Source: Candidatus Auribacterota bacterium
Lineage (GTDB): Bacteria > Auribacterota > JAFGBW01 > JAFGJP01
Assembly (NCBI GenBank): GCA_016929035.1
Contig: JAFGJP010000022.1
Coordinates: forward strand, 1 to 29,122
Reading direction: 5' to 3'
Length of the DNA: 29,122 nucleotides
Every line of letters starts with the position of its first letter. Position 1 is the stretch's first letter. The notes beneath the pieces were generated by a model. That model was not told where the DNA came from. It did no database searches and was given only the letters and a program-made list of their open reading frames with translations. Shown piece after piece: positions 16,035-25,961 of the stretch. The position numbers and the translations under genes were made by a program.

Positions 16035-17164
16035 AGGCCATCCTTTACCTGGAAGACGGCAGCGCCTATCTGGGACGGTCTTTTGGTCAATCCGGCGAAG
16101 TCTTCGGGGAAATCGTTTTCAATACAGCTATGACGGGTTATCAGGAGATCCTCACCGATCCATCCTATCATGGACAGATCGTCACCATGACATATCCTCT
16201 TATCGGTAATTACGGCGTTAACGCGAAAGACATAGAGTCTTCTTCTCCGAAAGCCTCAGGCTTTGTTGTCAAGGAGCTTTCCCATGGCTTCAGCAGCTGG
16301 AGGGGAGAGCAGACATTGGATGAATATCTCAAGAAGCACCGGATTATCGGTATAGAAGGTGTGGATACGAGAAGCATTGTTCTCAGGATAAGAGAAAAAG
16401 GCGCGATGAAAGCCGTTATTTCCACCAAGCGTTTTGAAGAAAAAACACTTCAAGAAGATCTTGAGAATTTTCCAGGGATCGAACAAAGGGACCTTGTTGA
16501 CGAGGTCAGCTGCCAGAAAGTTTTTCTATGGGAAGAAGAGGCACCGGTCGAATATGATATTTCGACCCCGCTCAGCCATCCGGTGAAGAGTCCTTACAAA
16601 ATAGCTGTTTATGATTTTGGCATAAAATATAATATCCTGCGGATTCTCAAGACTTATTTCCACAAAGTCGAAGTTTTTCCTTTCCATACCCCTGCGTCAC
16701 GAATACAGGAATCAGGAGCTGACGGTGTCTTTCTTTCCAACGGGCCGGGCGACCCGGCGCGTGTGCTGAAAGGAGTAAAGGCCACCCGGGAGCTTTTCGG
16801 CAAGCTCCCTCTTTTTGGCATCTGCCTGGGGCATCAGATCATGGGGCTTGCCGCCGGGGCCAGGACGTACAAGCTGAAATTCGGACATCACGGGGCCAAT
16901 CATCCGGTCAAAGACATGAAAACAGGAGAGATTGAAATTACATCCCAGAACCACAATTTTGCCATTGATGAAAAATCTCTTAAAAACATCGCAGCCGATG
17001 TGACGCATATTAACCTGAATGATCATACCAATGAAGGGGTGGCTTACAGGAATGCTCCTGCTTTCAGCATCCAGTATCACCCTGAATCATCGCCGGGACC
17101 GCATGATTCACGTTATCTGTTTGAGCGCTTCCATGAACTGATCAAGGAGATAAAAGGTGCCTAA
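16031..17164 (+). CDS. carA: Carbamoyl-phosphate synthase small subunit
   Basis: [40 protein letters not shown]. Confidence 0.98.
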   Translation: MKAILYLEDGSAYLGRSFGQSGEVFGEIVFNTAMTGYQEILTDPSYHGQIVTMTYPLIGNYGVNAKDIESSSPKASGFVVKELSHGFSSWRGEQTLDEYLKKHRIIGIEGVDTRSIVLRIREKGAMKAVISTKRFEEKTLQEDLENFPGIEQRDLVDEVSCQKVFLWEEEAPVEYDISTPLSHPVKSPYKIAVYDFGIKYNILRILKTYFHKVEVFPFHTPASRIQESGADGVFLSNGPGDPARVLKGVKATRELFGKLPLFGICLGHQIMGLAAGARTYKLKFGHHGANHPVKDMKTGEIEITSQNHNFAIDEKSLKNIAADVTHINLNDHTNEGVAYRNAPAFSIQYHPESSPGPHDSRYLFERFHELIKEIKGA

Positions 17165-20100
17165 GCGACAGGATATTCATTCGATCATGATCATCGGTTC
17201 TGGGCCCATTGTCATCAGCCAGGCCTGTGAGTTTGACTATTCAGGAACTCAGGCCTGCAAGGCGCTCAGGGAAGAAGGGTTCCGCATTATCCTGATAAAC
17301 TCGAATCCTGCTACCATCATGACTGATCCGGAGTTTGCCGACAGGACATATATCGAGCCCATAACAGCCGATATGGTTGAAAAGATTATTGCCCTTGAGA
17401 GGCCGGATGCTCTGCTCCCGACTGTCGGAGGCCAGACAGGTCTGAATACGGCCATGGACCTTTCCAGGCGTGGAGTGTATGAGAAATACAATGTTGAGCT
17501 TATCGGCGCAACACCTCATGTGATCGAAAAGGCGGAAAACAGGGAGCTTTTCAAAGAAGCCATGAAGCGCATCAACTTGAAAATGCCTTTTTCCGACTAC
17601 GTGAACAAATTGGACGGAGCTTATAAAGTCCTTGAAAAGATCGGGCGTTTTCCGGTCATCATCCGGCCGAGCTTTACTCTCGGCGGCATCGGAGGCGGCA
17701 TTGCCTACAACATTGATGAATTCAAGGAGATCTGTGCAAGGGGATTTGAGTTCTCTCCTGTTCACGAGATTCTGGTTGAGGAGTCTGTCATCGGATGGAA
17801 AGAATATGAGCTGGAGGTGATGCGCGATAAAAAAGATAACGTGATCATTGTGTGTTCTATTGAAAACTTCGATCCAATGGGAATCCATACCGGAGACAGC
17901 ATCACGGTTGCTCCGGCTCAGACGCTGACAGACAGAGAATATCAGGCTATGCGCGATGCGGCAAAAGCGGTTATACGGGAGATCGGCGTAGAGACAGGAG
18001 GGTCAAACATCCAGTTTGCCGTCAATCCGGAAAGCGGAGAACTGCATGTCATCGAGATGAACCCGCGCGTTTCCCGGTCTTCGGCGCTTGCGTCAAAGGC
18101 AACAGGTTTTCCCATAGCCAAGTTTGCGGCCAAGCTGGCCGTTGGCTACACTCTGGACGAAATTCAGAATGATATTACAAAAAAAACGCCGGCATGCTTT
18201 GAGCCGGCGATTGACTACTGCGTTGTCAAAGTTCCTCGTTTTACGTTTGAAAAATTTCCCAAGGCTGATCCTACGCTCACGACACAGATGAAATCCGTGG
18301 GTGAGACGATGTCTATCGGGCGGACATTCAAAGAAGCGTTTCAAAAGGCGCTCCGTTCTCTTGAGATCGGTCGTGCGGGATGGGGAATGGATGGCAAAGA
18401 CCTTTCATTTCTCAGCGTGGAGGAGATTTCCCGTAACCTAACGATTCCGAATAAAGACAGGATTTTTTACATCAAGGCCGCTTTCGAGCAGGGAATGACA
18501 GTTGAAGAGATTTATGAGAGAACCCGGATCGACCGCTGGTTTCTTCAGAACATGAAAGACATCCTCGGGTTCATGGAGGAGCTGAAAAAGAAGAAGGGAA
18601 GTCCTGAAAATTTGAGCGAAGAGTTCTGGAAAAAATCCAAGCAGATGGGGTTCAGCGACACGCAGATAGCCGTCAATTTCGGCACAGATGAGGATCGCAT
18701 TCGGCATATACGGAAGCAGAACGGCGTGGTCCCGACCTATCGGCTTGTGGATACCTGTGCAGCTGAGTTTGAAGCTTTCACGCCTTATTATTATTCAACT
18801 TATGAAACGACAACAGAAGTTCGACCATCCAGCAAAAAGAAAATAATGATACTTGGCGGAGGGCCCAATCGCATTGGCCAGGGAATCGAGTTCGATTATT
18901 GCTGTGTCCATGCCTCTTTTGCCTTAAGAGAAGAGGGCTATGAAACGATAATGGTGAATTCGAACCCGGAGACAGTGAGCACGGATTTTGATATTTCCGA
19001 CAAGCTGTATTTTGAACCTCTCACATACGAGGACGTGCTGAACATCTATGAGGCGGAGGGCTGCGATGGAGCGATTGTTCAGCTGGGAGGACAGACGCCG
19101 CTTAATCTTGCACAGAAACTGAAAAAAGCCGGCGTGAAGATACTGGGAACTGACCCGGATGACATCGATGCATCGGAAGACAGGGAAAAATTCCAGAAGC
19201 TTCTGAAAAAACATGATCTTGTCCAGCCTCCCAATGGAACAGCGTGGAGCAAAGAGGAAGCGATGACCGCTGCCCAGAAGATTGGCTACCCTGTGGTCGT
19301 TCGTCCTTCGTTTGTCCTCGGCGGACGTTCGATGGAGATTGTCTATGATGACGACATGCTGAAAAAGTATATGACAAGCGCCATAGAAGCTTCTCCTGAA
19401 CATCCCATTTTGATCGACAAATTTATTGAAGATGCCGTGGAGATCGACGTGGATGCCGTCTGCGACGGAGAAACAACGGTCATCGGAGCTATCATGGAAC
19501 ACATCGAGGAGGCCGGCATCCACAGCGGTGACAGCGCCTGCGTGATCCCTCCTTTTTCTCTGGGTGAAGACATCATCACCCGTGTGAAAGATTATGTCTA
19601 TATCCTGGCTAGAGAGCTGAATGTCAGAGGCCTCATGAATGTGCAGATGGCTGTGAAGAATGATGTCATCTATGTTCTTGAAGTCAATCCGCGGGCATCC
19701 CGCACAGTACCTTTTGTCAGCAAATCCATAGGGATTCCCCTGGCTAAAATAGCCACGAAGGTCATGACGGGAAAAATGCTCAAAGAGCTGGGATTCACGC
19801 AGTCTGAAACACCACGTTTTTTCTGCGTCAAGGAAGCTGTGCTTCCCTTTACGCGGTTCCCCGGATCAGATATCCTGCTTGGTCCGGAAATGCGCTCCAC
19901 AGGAGAAGTGATGGGAATCGACAGAAATTTCGGCGCTGCTTTTATCAAGGCACAGTTCGGGGCTGGACAGTTCCTGCCTAAAAAAGGCACTGTTTTCATC
20001 AGTGTTAAGAACCAGGATAAAAGACATGTGGTTTTTATTGCGAAAAAGCTCAAAGAGATGGGATTTCATATCATCGCCACGTCAGGCACAGCCCAGGTTC

Positions 20101-20420
20101 TTCGCAGTAGCGGCATGGACGTCCAGAAAGTCTGCAAGCTCAAAGAAGGAAGGCCGCATGTTCTTGATTACATCAAGAACCATGACATTCATTTGATCAT
20201 CAATACTCCCCAGGGCAAAGGCCCGAAAGAGGATGAAGAGCTGATCCGCTCGACAGCTGTCCTCAACAGCATTCCCTGCATCACAACGCTCAGCGGCGCC
20301 AGCGCGGCGGTCAACGGCATCGAGTATCTCAATACTCAGGAGCTGACAGTTATCAGCCTTCAGGATTATCATAAAGACAGGATAAAAGATATAAGTAAAA
20401 ACTTAAAAATAGGCTCATGA
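17157..20420 (+). CDS. carB: Carbamoyl-phosphate synthase large subunit
   Basis: GTG start; 1087 aa; [36 protein letters not shown], duplicated ATP-grasp domains, C-terminal MGS domain. Confidence 0.99.
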   Translation: MPKRQDIHSIMIIGSGPIVISQACEFDYSGTQACKALREEGFRIILINSNPATIMTDPEFADRTYIEPITADMVEKIIALERPDALLPTVGGQTGLNTAMDLSRRGVYEKYNVELIGATPHVIEKAENRELFKEAMKRINLKMPFSDYVNKLDGAYKVLEKIGRFPVIIRPSFTLGGIGGGIAYNIDEFKEICARGFEFSPVHEILVEESVIGWKEYELEVMRDKKDNVIIVCSIENFDPMGIHTGDSITVAPAQTLTDREYQAMRDAAKAVIREIGVETGGSNIQFAVNPESGELHVIEMNPRVSRSSALASKATGFPIAKFAAKLAVGYTLDEIQNDITKKTPACFEPAIDYCVVKVPRFTFEKFPKADPTLTTQMKSVGETMSIGRTFKEAFQKALRSLEIGRAGWGMDGKDLSFLSVEEISRNLTIPNKDRIFYIKAAFEQGMTVEEIYERTRIDRWFLQNMKDILGFMEELKKKKGSPENLSEEFWKKSKQMGFSDTQIAVNFGTDEDRIRHIRKQNGVVPTYRLVDTCAAEFEAFTPYYYSTYETTTEVRPSSKKKIMILGGGPNRIGQGIEFDYCCVHASFALREEGYETIMVNSNPETVSTDFDISDKLYFEPLTYEDVLNIYEAEGCDGAIVQLGGQTPLNLAQKLKKAGVKILGTDPDDIDASEDREKFQKLLKKHDLVQPPNGTAWSKEEAMTAAQKIGYPVVVRPSFVLGGRSMEIVYDDDMLKKYMTSAIEASPEHPILIDKFIEDAVEIDVDAVCDGETTVIGAIMEHIEEAGIHSGDSACVIPPFSLGEDIITRVKDYVYILARELNVRGLMNVQMAVKNDVIYVLEVNPRASRTVPFVSKSIGIPLAKIATKVMTGKMLKELGFTQSETPRFFCVKEAVLPFTRFPGSDILLGPEMRSTGEVMGIDRNFGAAFIKAQFGAGQFLPKKGTVFISVKNQDKRHVVFIAKKLKEMGFHIIATSGTAQVLRSSGMDVQKVCKLKEGRPHVLDYIKNHDIHLIINTPQGKGPKEDEELIRSTAVLNSIPCITTLSGASAAVNGIEYLNTQELTVISLQDYHKDRIKDISKNLKIGS

Positions 20421-21202
20421 ATAAAAAAATAACATGCGGGACCAGAGCGATCATCGAGAACAGAAAGGTCGGGCAGGAGCATTTTATTCTCCGTTTCAGG
20501 TCAGCTTTTCATGAAAACGATACTGCGCCCGGCCAGTTTGTTTCTGTAAAAGTCGACAGTCCTTTAATGGTTTTAAGGCGTCCGCTGAGCGTTTTTGACA
20601 TCGAAGGAAATGAATTGTCTCTTTTTTACAAGGTTGTCGGGAGTGGAACACAGGCTCTTTCTCAGAAAAAGCCTGGTGAGAAACTGGATGTTCTGGAGGT
20701 TCTTGGGAAAGGTTTTACGATTGACGTTCAGGGCAGGTCCGTTGCCCTTGTCGGCGGCGGAATGGGCGTTGCGCCTCTTTTTTATCTTGCAAAAGTCCTT
20801 AGAAAAAGAAAAAAAGACGTCCACGTTTATCTGGGAGCACAGACGGCTAAAGAGATCTTTTTCGAGGACGGTTTTCAAAAAATGGGCTGTCATGTGTGCG
20901 TAACAACAGATGACGGGAGCAGAAATATCTGTGGCACGGTTTGCTGCGGCCTTGAGCCGGACTGTGCTAAAAAAAGTTTTCAGATGATCTATGCCTGTGG
21001 CCCGCGGTCTATGCTGAAAGCTGTCTCCTTCATTGCAGAAAAGGCAGGGATTCCCTGCGAGGTATCTCTTGAAGAGGTCATGGGGTGCGGCTTTGGAGTG
21101 TGTTTGGGATGTGCCGTGAAGGTGAAGGATAAAGAAAACCCGTATAAAATGGTTTGCAAAGACGGGCCGGTTTTTCATGCGGAAGACATTGACTGGAAGT
21201 AG
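20417..21202 (+). CDS. pyrK: Dihydroorotate dehydrogenase electron transfer subunit
   Basis: [37 protein letters not shown] and VCKDGPVF [2Fe-2S] ligands. Confidence 0.95.
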   Translation: MNKKITCGTRAIIENRKVGQEHFILRFRSAFHENDTAPGQFVSVKVDSPLMVLRRPLSVFDIEGNELSLFYKVVGSGTQALSQKKPGEKLDVLEVLGKGFTIDVQGRSVALVGGGMGVAPLFYLAKVLRKRKKDVHVYLGAQTAKEIFFEDGFQKMGCHVCVTTDDGSRNICGTVCCGLEPDCAKKSFQMIYACGPRSMLKAVSFIAEKAGIPCEVSLEEVMGCGFGVCLGCAVKVKDKENPYKMVCKDGPVFHAEDIDWK

Positions 21203-21220
21203 GCGAGAATATGCAAAAAA

Positions 21221-21475
21221 TTCAAATATACTGGAAAAATATTTCTTTGCCTGAAAAGGTTTTTCACGCCGTGAAAGCATCATTTTTTTCGGCGCCTGCC
21301 CTGAACCACAAAGGGTTCAGGGTAAACTCCAATACAAGAATCTTTCCTGTCCTGAACCGAGCGTGCTATGGTTCGGGGCTCGGCGCCCGAACTTTGTTCG
21401 GGACCCTCAAAAAATACTATTTTCAGGCTAAACCTTCTCTAATGGCTACAGAAATATTTTTCCAGTATATTTGAA
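21221..21475. mobile_element. 255-bp MITE-like / fold-back element with perfect 26-bp terminal inverted repeats
   Basis: TTCAAATATACTGGAAAAATATTTCT (21221-21246) is the exact reverse complement of 21450-21475; several internal hairpins; no clear target-site duplication. Confidence 0.75.
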
Positions 21476-21518
21476 AGGTTTTATTGATTTTTTTTAATAA
21501 TCACAGAGATAATAGAGA

Positions 21519-22454
21519 ATGATGGATATTGACTTAACTTGTGATTTGAATGGATTAAAGTTAAAGAATCCTGTTTTTACGGCTTCTGGCACATACGGGG
21601 TGGGGGAGGAGTTTAAGGATTTTTATGATGTGAATTTGCTTGGAGGCATTGTCACCAAGACGGTGACCCTTGAAAAAAGAGAAGGGAATCTGCCTCCAAG
21701 GATATGTGAGACAAGGGGAGGGATTATCAACTCCATCGGTCTTCAGAATCCTGGCGTCGAAGCGTTCGTCAAAGAAAACAAGGAGTGGCTTGAAAGCCTG
21801 AAAACAGCTGTTATCGTGAGCGTATCAGGCCGGACGGTGGATGATTATGTCAGGGTGTGCGCACGGCTGAAGGAGCGACTTCGGTTTGGTGGGGTTGAGC
21901 TGAATGTGTCATGCCCCAATGAAAGGAAGGGGGGCGTTTCTTTCGGACAGGACCCGGACGCTGTGGAGGAAATCGTCGCAAGGGTCAAAAAAGAAACGCA
22001 TCTCTTTGTCATTACCAAGCTTTCTCCCTGGACACACCTTGTCCGTGATGTCGCTTGTGCAGCTGAGGCGGCAGGATCAAACGCCCTTTCAGCCACGAAC
22101 ACGATACCGGCCATAGCCGTTGATCTAAAAACCAGGAAAAGCCGTATTGGGAACGTCACAGGAGGGCTGAGCGGGCCGGCGATAAAACCTGTTTCACAAA
22201 AGATTTTCTATGATATTATTAAAGCTGTAGAAATTCCTGTCATCGGAGTCGGCGGAATAGAGACTCCTGAGGATGCCTTGGAATACATTCTTCTCGGAGC
22301 GACGGCTGTTGAGGTAGGAAGCGCCAATATGTACAATCCGATGGCTGCAAGGGATATCCTTCAGGGCATCAGACGTTATTTATTGTCGAACAGCATGCAG
22401 GACCTTTCGTTGCTGAGAGGATGTTTGGATGAAAAACGAGATGGAAGCGAGTGA
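21519..22454 (+). CDS. pyrD: Dihydroorotate dehydrogenase family 1B catalytic subunit
   Basis: TASGT, TKTVT, NSIGLQNPG, ELNVSCPN (catalytic Cys), TKLSP, GGLSGPAIKP; partner pyrK upstream. Confidence 0.97.
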   Translation: MMDIDLTCDLNGLKLKNPVFTASGTYGVGEEFKDFYDVNLLGGIVTKTVTLEKREGNLPPRICETRGGIINSIGLQNPGVEAFVKENKEWLESLKTAVIVSVSGRTVDDYVRVCARLKERLRFGGVELNVSCPNERKGGVSFGQDPDAVEEIVARVKKETHLFVITKLSPWTHLVRDVACAAEAAGSNALSATNTIPAIAVDLKTRKSRIGNVTGGLSGPAIKPVSQKIFYDIIKAVEIPVIGVGGIETPEDALEYILLGATAVEVGSANMYNPMAARDILQGIRRYLLSNSMQDLSLLRGCLDEKRDGSE

Positions 22455-23166
22455 AAAAATAATCATTGCCCTCGATTTCCCGGAAGAAGAGCGGGCTTTG
22501 AACCTGGTCGATATTCTAGGGAGCTTCTGCAGGATCTATAAGGTGGGCAGCGAGCTTTTTGCGTCTGCAGGATCAAAAATCATTGAAAAGCTCCGCAGCA
22601 GGGGAAAAGACGTTTTTCTTGATCTGAAATTTCATGATATTCCCAATACAGTCGGCCGTGTTTCAAGGTTATCGACACAGCTGGGCGTCAGAATATTCAA
22701 CGTGCATGCTTTTGGCGGAAGCCAGATGATGAAAGCAGCCAAAGAAGAGTCCCTTAAGGCGGCGGAAATGGCCGGTCAAGACTCTCCGCTTGTTTTGGCT
22801 GTAACCATTCTGACAAGCCTCACTTCAGACGTTCTCGTTGATGAGCTGAAAATCCTTTCCACGGTTGAGAACCAGACGATCCATTTTGCACGGCTTGCCC
22901 AGGACAGCGGTCTGGATGGTGTTGTGTGTTCGCCGTTCGAGATAGAGGGCGTGAGGGAAGCCTGTGGAGAAAAATTTGTAGTTCTCACGCCGGGCATCAG
23001 GCCAAAGTGGGCAGCGGCAAATGATCAGAAAAGATTTAAAACACCTGTTGAGGCAGTAAAAGAAGGCGCGGATTTTATTGTTGTCGGGCGTCCTGTCACA
23101 CAGAGCGAAAATCCCAGAGAATCCATGGACAAGATTATTCGAGAGATATCCGGGGTTAAGTCATAA
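22429..23166 (+). CDS. pyrF: Orotidine-5'-phosphate decarboxylase
   Basis: IIIALD, YKVG, DLKFHDIPNT, TPGIR, VVGRPVT. Confidence 0.97.
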   Translation: MKNEMEASEKIIIALDFPEEERALNLVDILGSFCRIYKVGSELFASAGSKIIEKLRSRGKDVFLDLKFHDIPNTVGRVSRLSTQLGVRIFNVHAFGGSQMMKAAKEESLKAAEMAGQDSPLVLAVTILTSLTSDVLVDELKILSTVENQTIHFARLAQDSGLDGVVCSPFEIEGVREACGEKFVVLTPGIRPKWAAANDQKRFKTPVEAVKEGADFIVVGRPVTQSENPRESMDKIIREISGVKS

Positions 23167-23187
23167 CCTTGCCTTGAAGAAAATCCG

Positions 23188-24225
23188 ATGCAGAGTGTTC
23201 TAAAAAAAAAATCCTTAGCTGTTATCAGCGCTTTACTTATTCTTTTTGTTTTCCTTGCTTATCTGGTCCATTCTTATTATTTCAGAGCCAGGCGATATGA
23301 GATCAGCGCCTTAAAGCTGGGAACGGTTGTCTCCATTATCATCTACGCCGAAGGGCCGATCGATCTATCGTCCGTAAAAACGCGCTGCATGGAAAAAATA
23401 GAAGAAAGCGAAAAGGTTTTCAGCGTTCACCGGGAAGACTCGGAGATCGCACGGATGAACGCGCTTGCTGCAAAGAGATCCTTTCCGGCATCAGAGATGA
23501 TGCAGGAGGTCATCAGGAGGTCCAGGAAAATGCACCTGAGAACGGGCGGCGCTTTCGATCCAAGTGTTTTTTCACTCCTGAAGCTCTGGCATCTTTCTGA
23601 TTTTGAAGAGGAAGACAAAAAAGGTTTTCCTCATGATAAAGAGATCAGCGCGCTCATGCCTCTTTTGGGAATGGATAAAGTTATCCTGGAAAAAGAAGGT
23701 TCTGTCCGCTTTGCGAATGAAAGCGTTTCTCTGGATTTCGGGGGCATTGCCAAAGGATTGATTATTGACGGCCTTACGGATATGCTTCAGAGAGAGCCTC
23801 ATGTTTTTGCGGGGATTGTGAATATCGGGGGTGACCTGAAAACGTTTATTTTAAAAGAGGATTATCCTTCTTTTCAGATCGGTATACGCGATCCGGAAAA
23901 AAAGGAAGCGCTTTTGGGAGGCGTTGAAGTCAGAAACTCGTCGGTTATGACATCAGGCGGATACGAAAGGTTTCGCGAATATCATAAAAAAAAATATATC
24001 CATATTCTTGACCCAATGACCGGGCGGCCGGTAGAGAACGGTGTTCTGAGCGTTACGGTCATAGGAGGGAATGCGGCTGACTGTGATGCTTTAGCCACGG
24101 CTCTCATGGTCCTTGGTCCGGAAAAGGCAAAGAGTGCGATAAGAGATGAAAAAGTTTTTTTTGTTGTGAAAAGACATGAAAAAACTGATAAAATTTTTTT
24201 AAATGGGTTTGAGCTGAGAGACTAA
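23188..24225 (+). CDS. apbE: FAD:protein FMN transferase (ApbE family), N-terminal membrane anchor
   Basis: LGTVVSI, GAFDPSV, LDFGGIAKG, VNIGGD, TSGGYER, HILDP, SVTV and CDALATA motifs. Confidence 0.93.
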   Translation: MQSVLKKKSLAVISALLILFVFLAYLVHSYYFRARRYEISALKLGTVVSIIIYAEGPIDLSSVKTRCMEKIEESEKVFSVHREDSEIARMNALAAKRSFPASEMMQEVIRRSRKMHLRTGGAFDPSVFSLLKLWHLSDFEEEDKKGFPHDKEISALMPLLGMDKVILEKEGSVRFANESVSLDFGGIAKGLIIDGLTDMLQREPHVFAGIVNIGGDLKTFILKEDYPSFQIGIRDPEKKEALLGGVEVRNSSVMTSGGYERFREYHKKKYIHILDPMTGRPVENGVLSVTVIGGNAADCDALATALMVLGPEKAKSAIRDEKVFFVVKRHEKTDKIFLNGFELRD

Positions 24226-24227
24226 TT

Positions 24228-24995
24228 ATGTTTTTAGAAGAGATAGTCGAGAAAAAAAGAGCGTATCTTGAAGAGAGAAAGAAGGTTCTTCCCCTTTCTT
24301 CGATCGAAACGGTCAGCACGGAATTTTCTGGCGATATTTTTTATCAGAACCTCAAGAAAAGCGGTATCAATATCATCGCTGAGATCAAGAAAGCCTCGCC
24401 ATCAAAAGGGATCTTTTCAGAGGATTTTGATGCTCTTTCTTTGCTGCGCCAGTACGAAAAAGGCGGCGCCAGAGCCATAAGCATTCTCACGGAAAAAGAT
24501 TTTTTTCTCGGCTCTCCCGAGGTTTTTTGCGAGCTGAGAGAAAAGACGACTCTCCCTCTTCTTAGAAAAGATTTTGTGATCGATGAATACCAGATCTATG
24601 AGTCGGCCTATCTCGGCGCCAACGCGATTCTCTTTATTGTCCGCATTCTGGAACCGGAGCAGCTCAGCGACTATATTTCGCTCGCGCGTGAGCTCGACAT
24701 CGCTCCTCTCGTCGAGGTTCATGATGAAGAGGAGCTCGGAACAGCCCTAAGCTCAGGTACAGACATCATAGGAGTCAACAGCAGGGACCTGAAGACGTTT
24801 AAGGTCAACAGGGAAAAGATGGAGAAGCTTCTTTCTCTTATCCCAACAGGATTTCTGAAGATCGCAGAGAGCGGCATTCAGGACAAGGAAGATATGCTTG
24901 AACTCAGGAGAGCCGGAGCAGATGTCTTTCTTGTGGGAGAAACGCTTATCAAAAGCAAAAGTCCTGAAAGACTATTGAAAAGCTGGACGACATGA
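24228..24995 (+). CDS. trpC: Indole-3-glycerol phosphate synthase
   Basis: IIAEIKKASPSKG, ISILTE, PLLRKDF, LVEVH, IGVNSRDL, IAESGI, LVGETL. Confidence 0.97.
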   Translation: MFLEEIVEKKRAYLEERKKVLPLSSIETVSTEFSGDIFYQNLKKSGINIIAEIKKASPSKGIFSEDFDALSLLRQYEKGGARAISILTEKDFFLGSPEVFCELREKTTLPLLRKDFVIDEYQIYESAYLGANAILFIVRILEPEQLSDYISLARELDIAPLVEVHDEEELGTALSSGTDIIGVNSRDLKTFKVNREKMEKLLSLIPTGFLKIAESGIQDKEDMLELRRAGADVFLVGETLIKSKSPERLLKSWTT

Positions 24996-25110
24996 CAGAA
25001 AAGAGAAAAAAGAGAATAGAAATTAGATACAAGATTCATGATGCAGGATAAAAAAGGGGATCAGATTATTAGGATATCAGGGATAAGGATACCAGGACAT
25101 CGGAAATCAG
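24996..25110 (+). repeat. Stacked arrays: AGAAAAG/AGAGAAT heptads, GATACAA heptads (25026-25053), NNNATCAG octamers (25057-25110)
   Basis: GATACAA GATTCAT GATGCAG GATAAAA matches 8856-8890 minus one unit; the octamers match the reverse complement of 9158-9215. Confidence 0.85.
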
Positions 25111-25159
25111 AGAAAAGAGAAAAACTCGATGATTTATTTCGTCCTTCGTTTTTTTGCTT

Positions 25160-25204
25160 TAGCGGACTTAACGGTCTTAACGGACATAACCGACTCAACG
25201 GATA
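25160..25204 (+). repeat. Nonamer array (5 units) directly before trpF ATG
   Basis: TAGCGGACT TAACGGTCT TAACGGACA TAACCGACT CAACGGATA. Confidence 0.85.
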
Positions 25205-25206
25205 AC

Positions 25207-25854
25207 ATGAGCATTAAGGTCAAGATCTGTGGAATAACCAATATCAGTGATGCAGAGAGCATCCTGAAGTACAGACCGGATTTTTTTGGATTCATCATGT
25301 ACCCCAAAAGCCCGAGGTACATTAAGCCGAACCGGGTGAGGGATATCGTGGAACATGTCCACCGGCAGGTGAGAGCTGTCGGCGTTTTTGTCAATGAGGC
25401 CCCTGAGAACGTTCTTCATTACGCAAGGCTCTGTCATTTTGACTTTGTCCAGCTTCATGGCGATGAGACACAGGAAGACATCAGCTTCCTCAAGGTCCAG
25501 GGTCTCCGGGTCATCAAGGCGTTTCGCCTGAAAGATGAGACGGTCATTGAAAGCGCCCGTGACTTTATGTGCCGGTTTCTTCTCTTTGACGCCTTTAGAA
25601 GAGACCAGTACGGCGGAACAGGAGAAACGATCAACCAGGATCTTCTGACCTTTCTTTCAAAAGATGACGTGCTGCAGAAAAGGCGGATTTTCCTTTCCGG
25701 CGGGCTTCATTCAGGAAATGTCCGTGAAGTCGTTTCGCATTTTTATCCGTATGCTGTTGATGCGTCAAGCCAGCTGGAGTCCGCTCCCGGCATCAAGGAT
25801 ATTGCCAAGGTAAAAGCGTTTATCGAGGAAGTCCGCTCGATCCCGGAAGAATAA
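25207..25854 (+). CDS. trpF: Phosphoribosylanthranilate isomerase
   Basis: Start reassigned to ATG 25207 (MSIKVKICGIT); FGFIMYPKSPRYI, VGVFVN, VQLHGDE, LLFDA, GGTG, LSGGL, AVDASSQLE. Confidence 0.96.
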   Translation: MSIKVKICGITNISDAESILKYRPDFFGFIMYPKSPRYIKPNRVRDIVEHVHRQVRAVGVFVNEAPENVLHYARLCHFDFVQLHGDETQEDISFLKVQGLRVIKAFRLKDETVIESARDFMCRFLLFDAFRRDQYGGTGETINQDLLTFLSKDDVLQKRRIFLSGGLHSGNVREVVSHFYPYAVDASSQLESAPGIKDIAKVKAFIEEVRSIPEE

Positions 25855-25942
25855 TAAGGTACGCTGGCGCGCAGATCATTTTAAATTTAGCCACGAAGAG
25901 CACGAAGGGACACGAAGTTATTCGCACTTCGTGCGAATTTTT
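25853..25942 (+). repeat. 3'-end motif copy 2 plus CACGAAG-repeat/hairpin element copy 1
   Basis: AATAAGGTACGCTGGCGCGCAGAT, then TAGCCACGAAGAGCACGAAGGGACACGAAGTTATTCGCACTTCGTGCGAATTTTT (25888-25942). Confidence 0.85.
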
Positions 25943-25961
25943 GTCAGCCACATATCTGTTC

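Noticed and set aside
17241-21283. Long antisense ORFs (17241-17888, 18924-19523, 20573-21283 and similar)
   Set aside because: Shadows of well-supported carB/pyrK coding frames; no motifs or independent signals.
21211-21474. 87-aa ORF between pyrK and pyrD
   Set aside because: It spans the palindromic element, its stop lies within the right inverted repeat, it has no convincing SD or motif, and it is better explained as non-coding structure.
21519-22454. PyrD LGAT as the flavinylation target of neighbouring ApbE
   Set aside because: ApbE targets are extracytoplasmic [S/T]GA[S/T] motifs; PyrD is cytoplasmic, binds FMN non-covalently, and LGAT does not fit.
7662-25204. Tandem arrays as CRISPR arrays
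   Set aside because: Units are 7-9 nt and contiguous, with no unique spacers and no cas genes.
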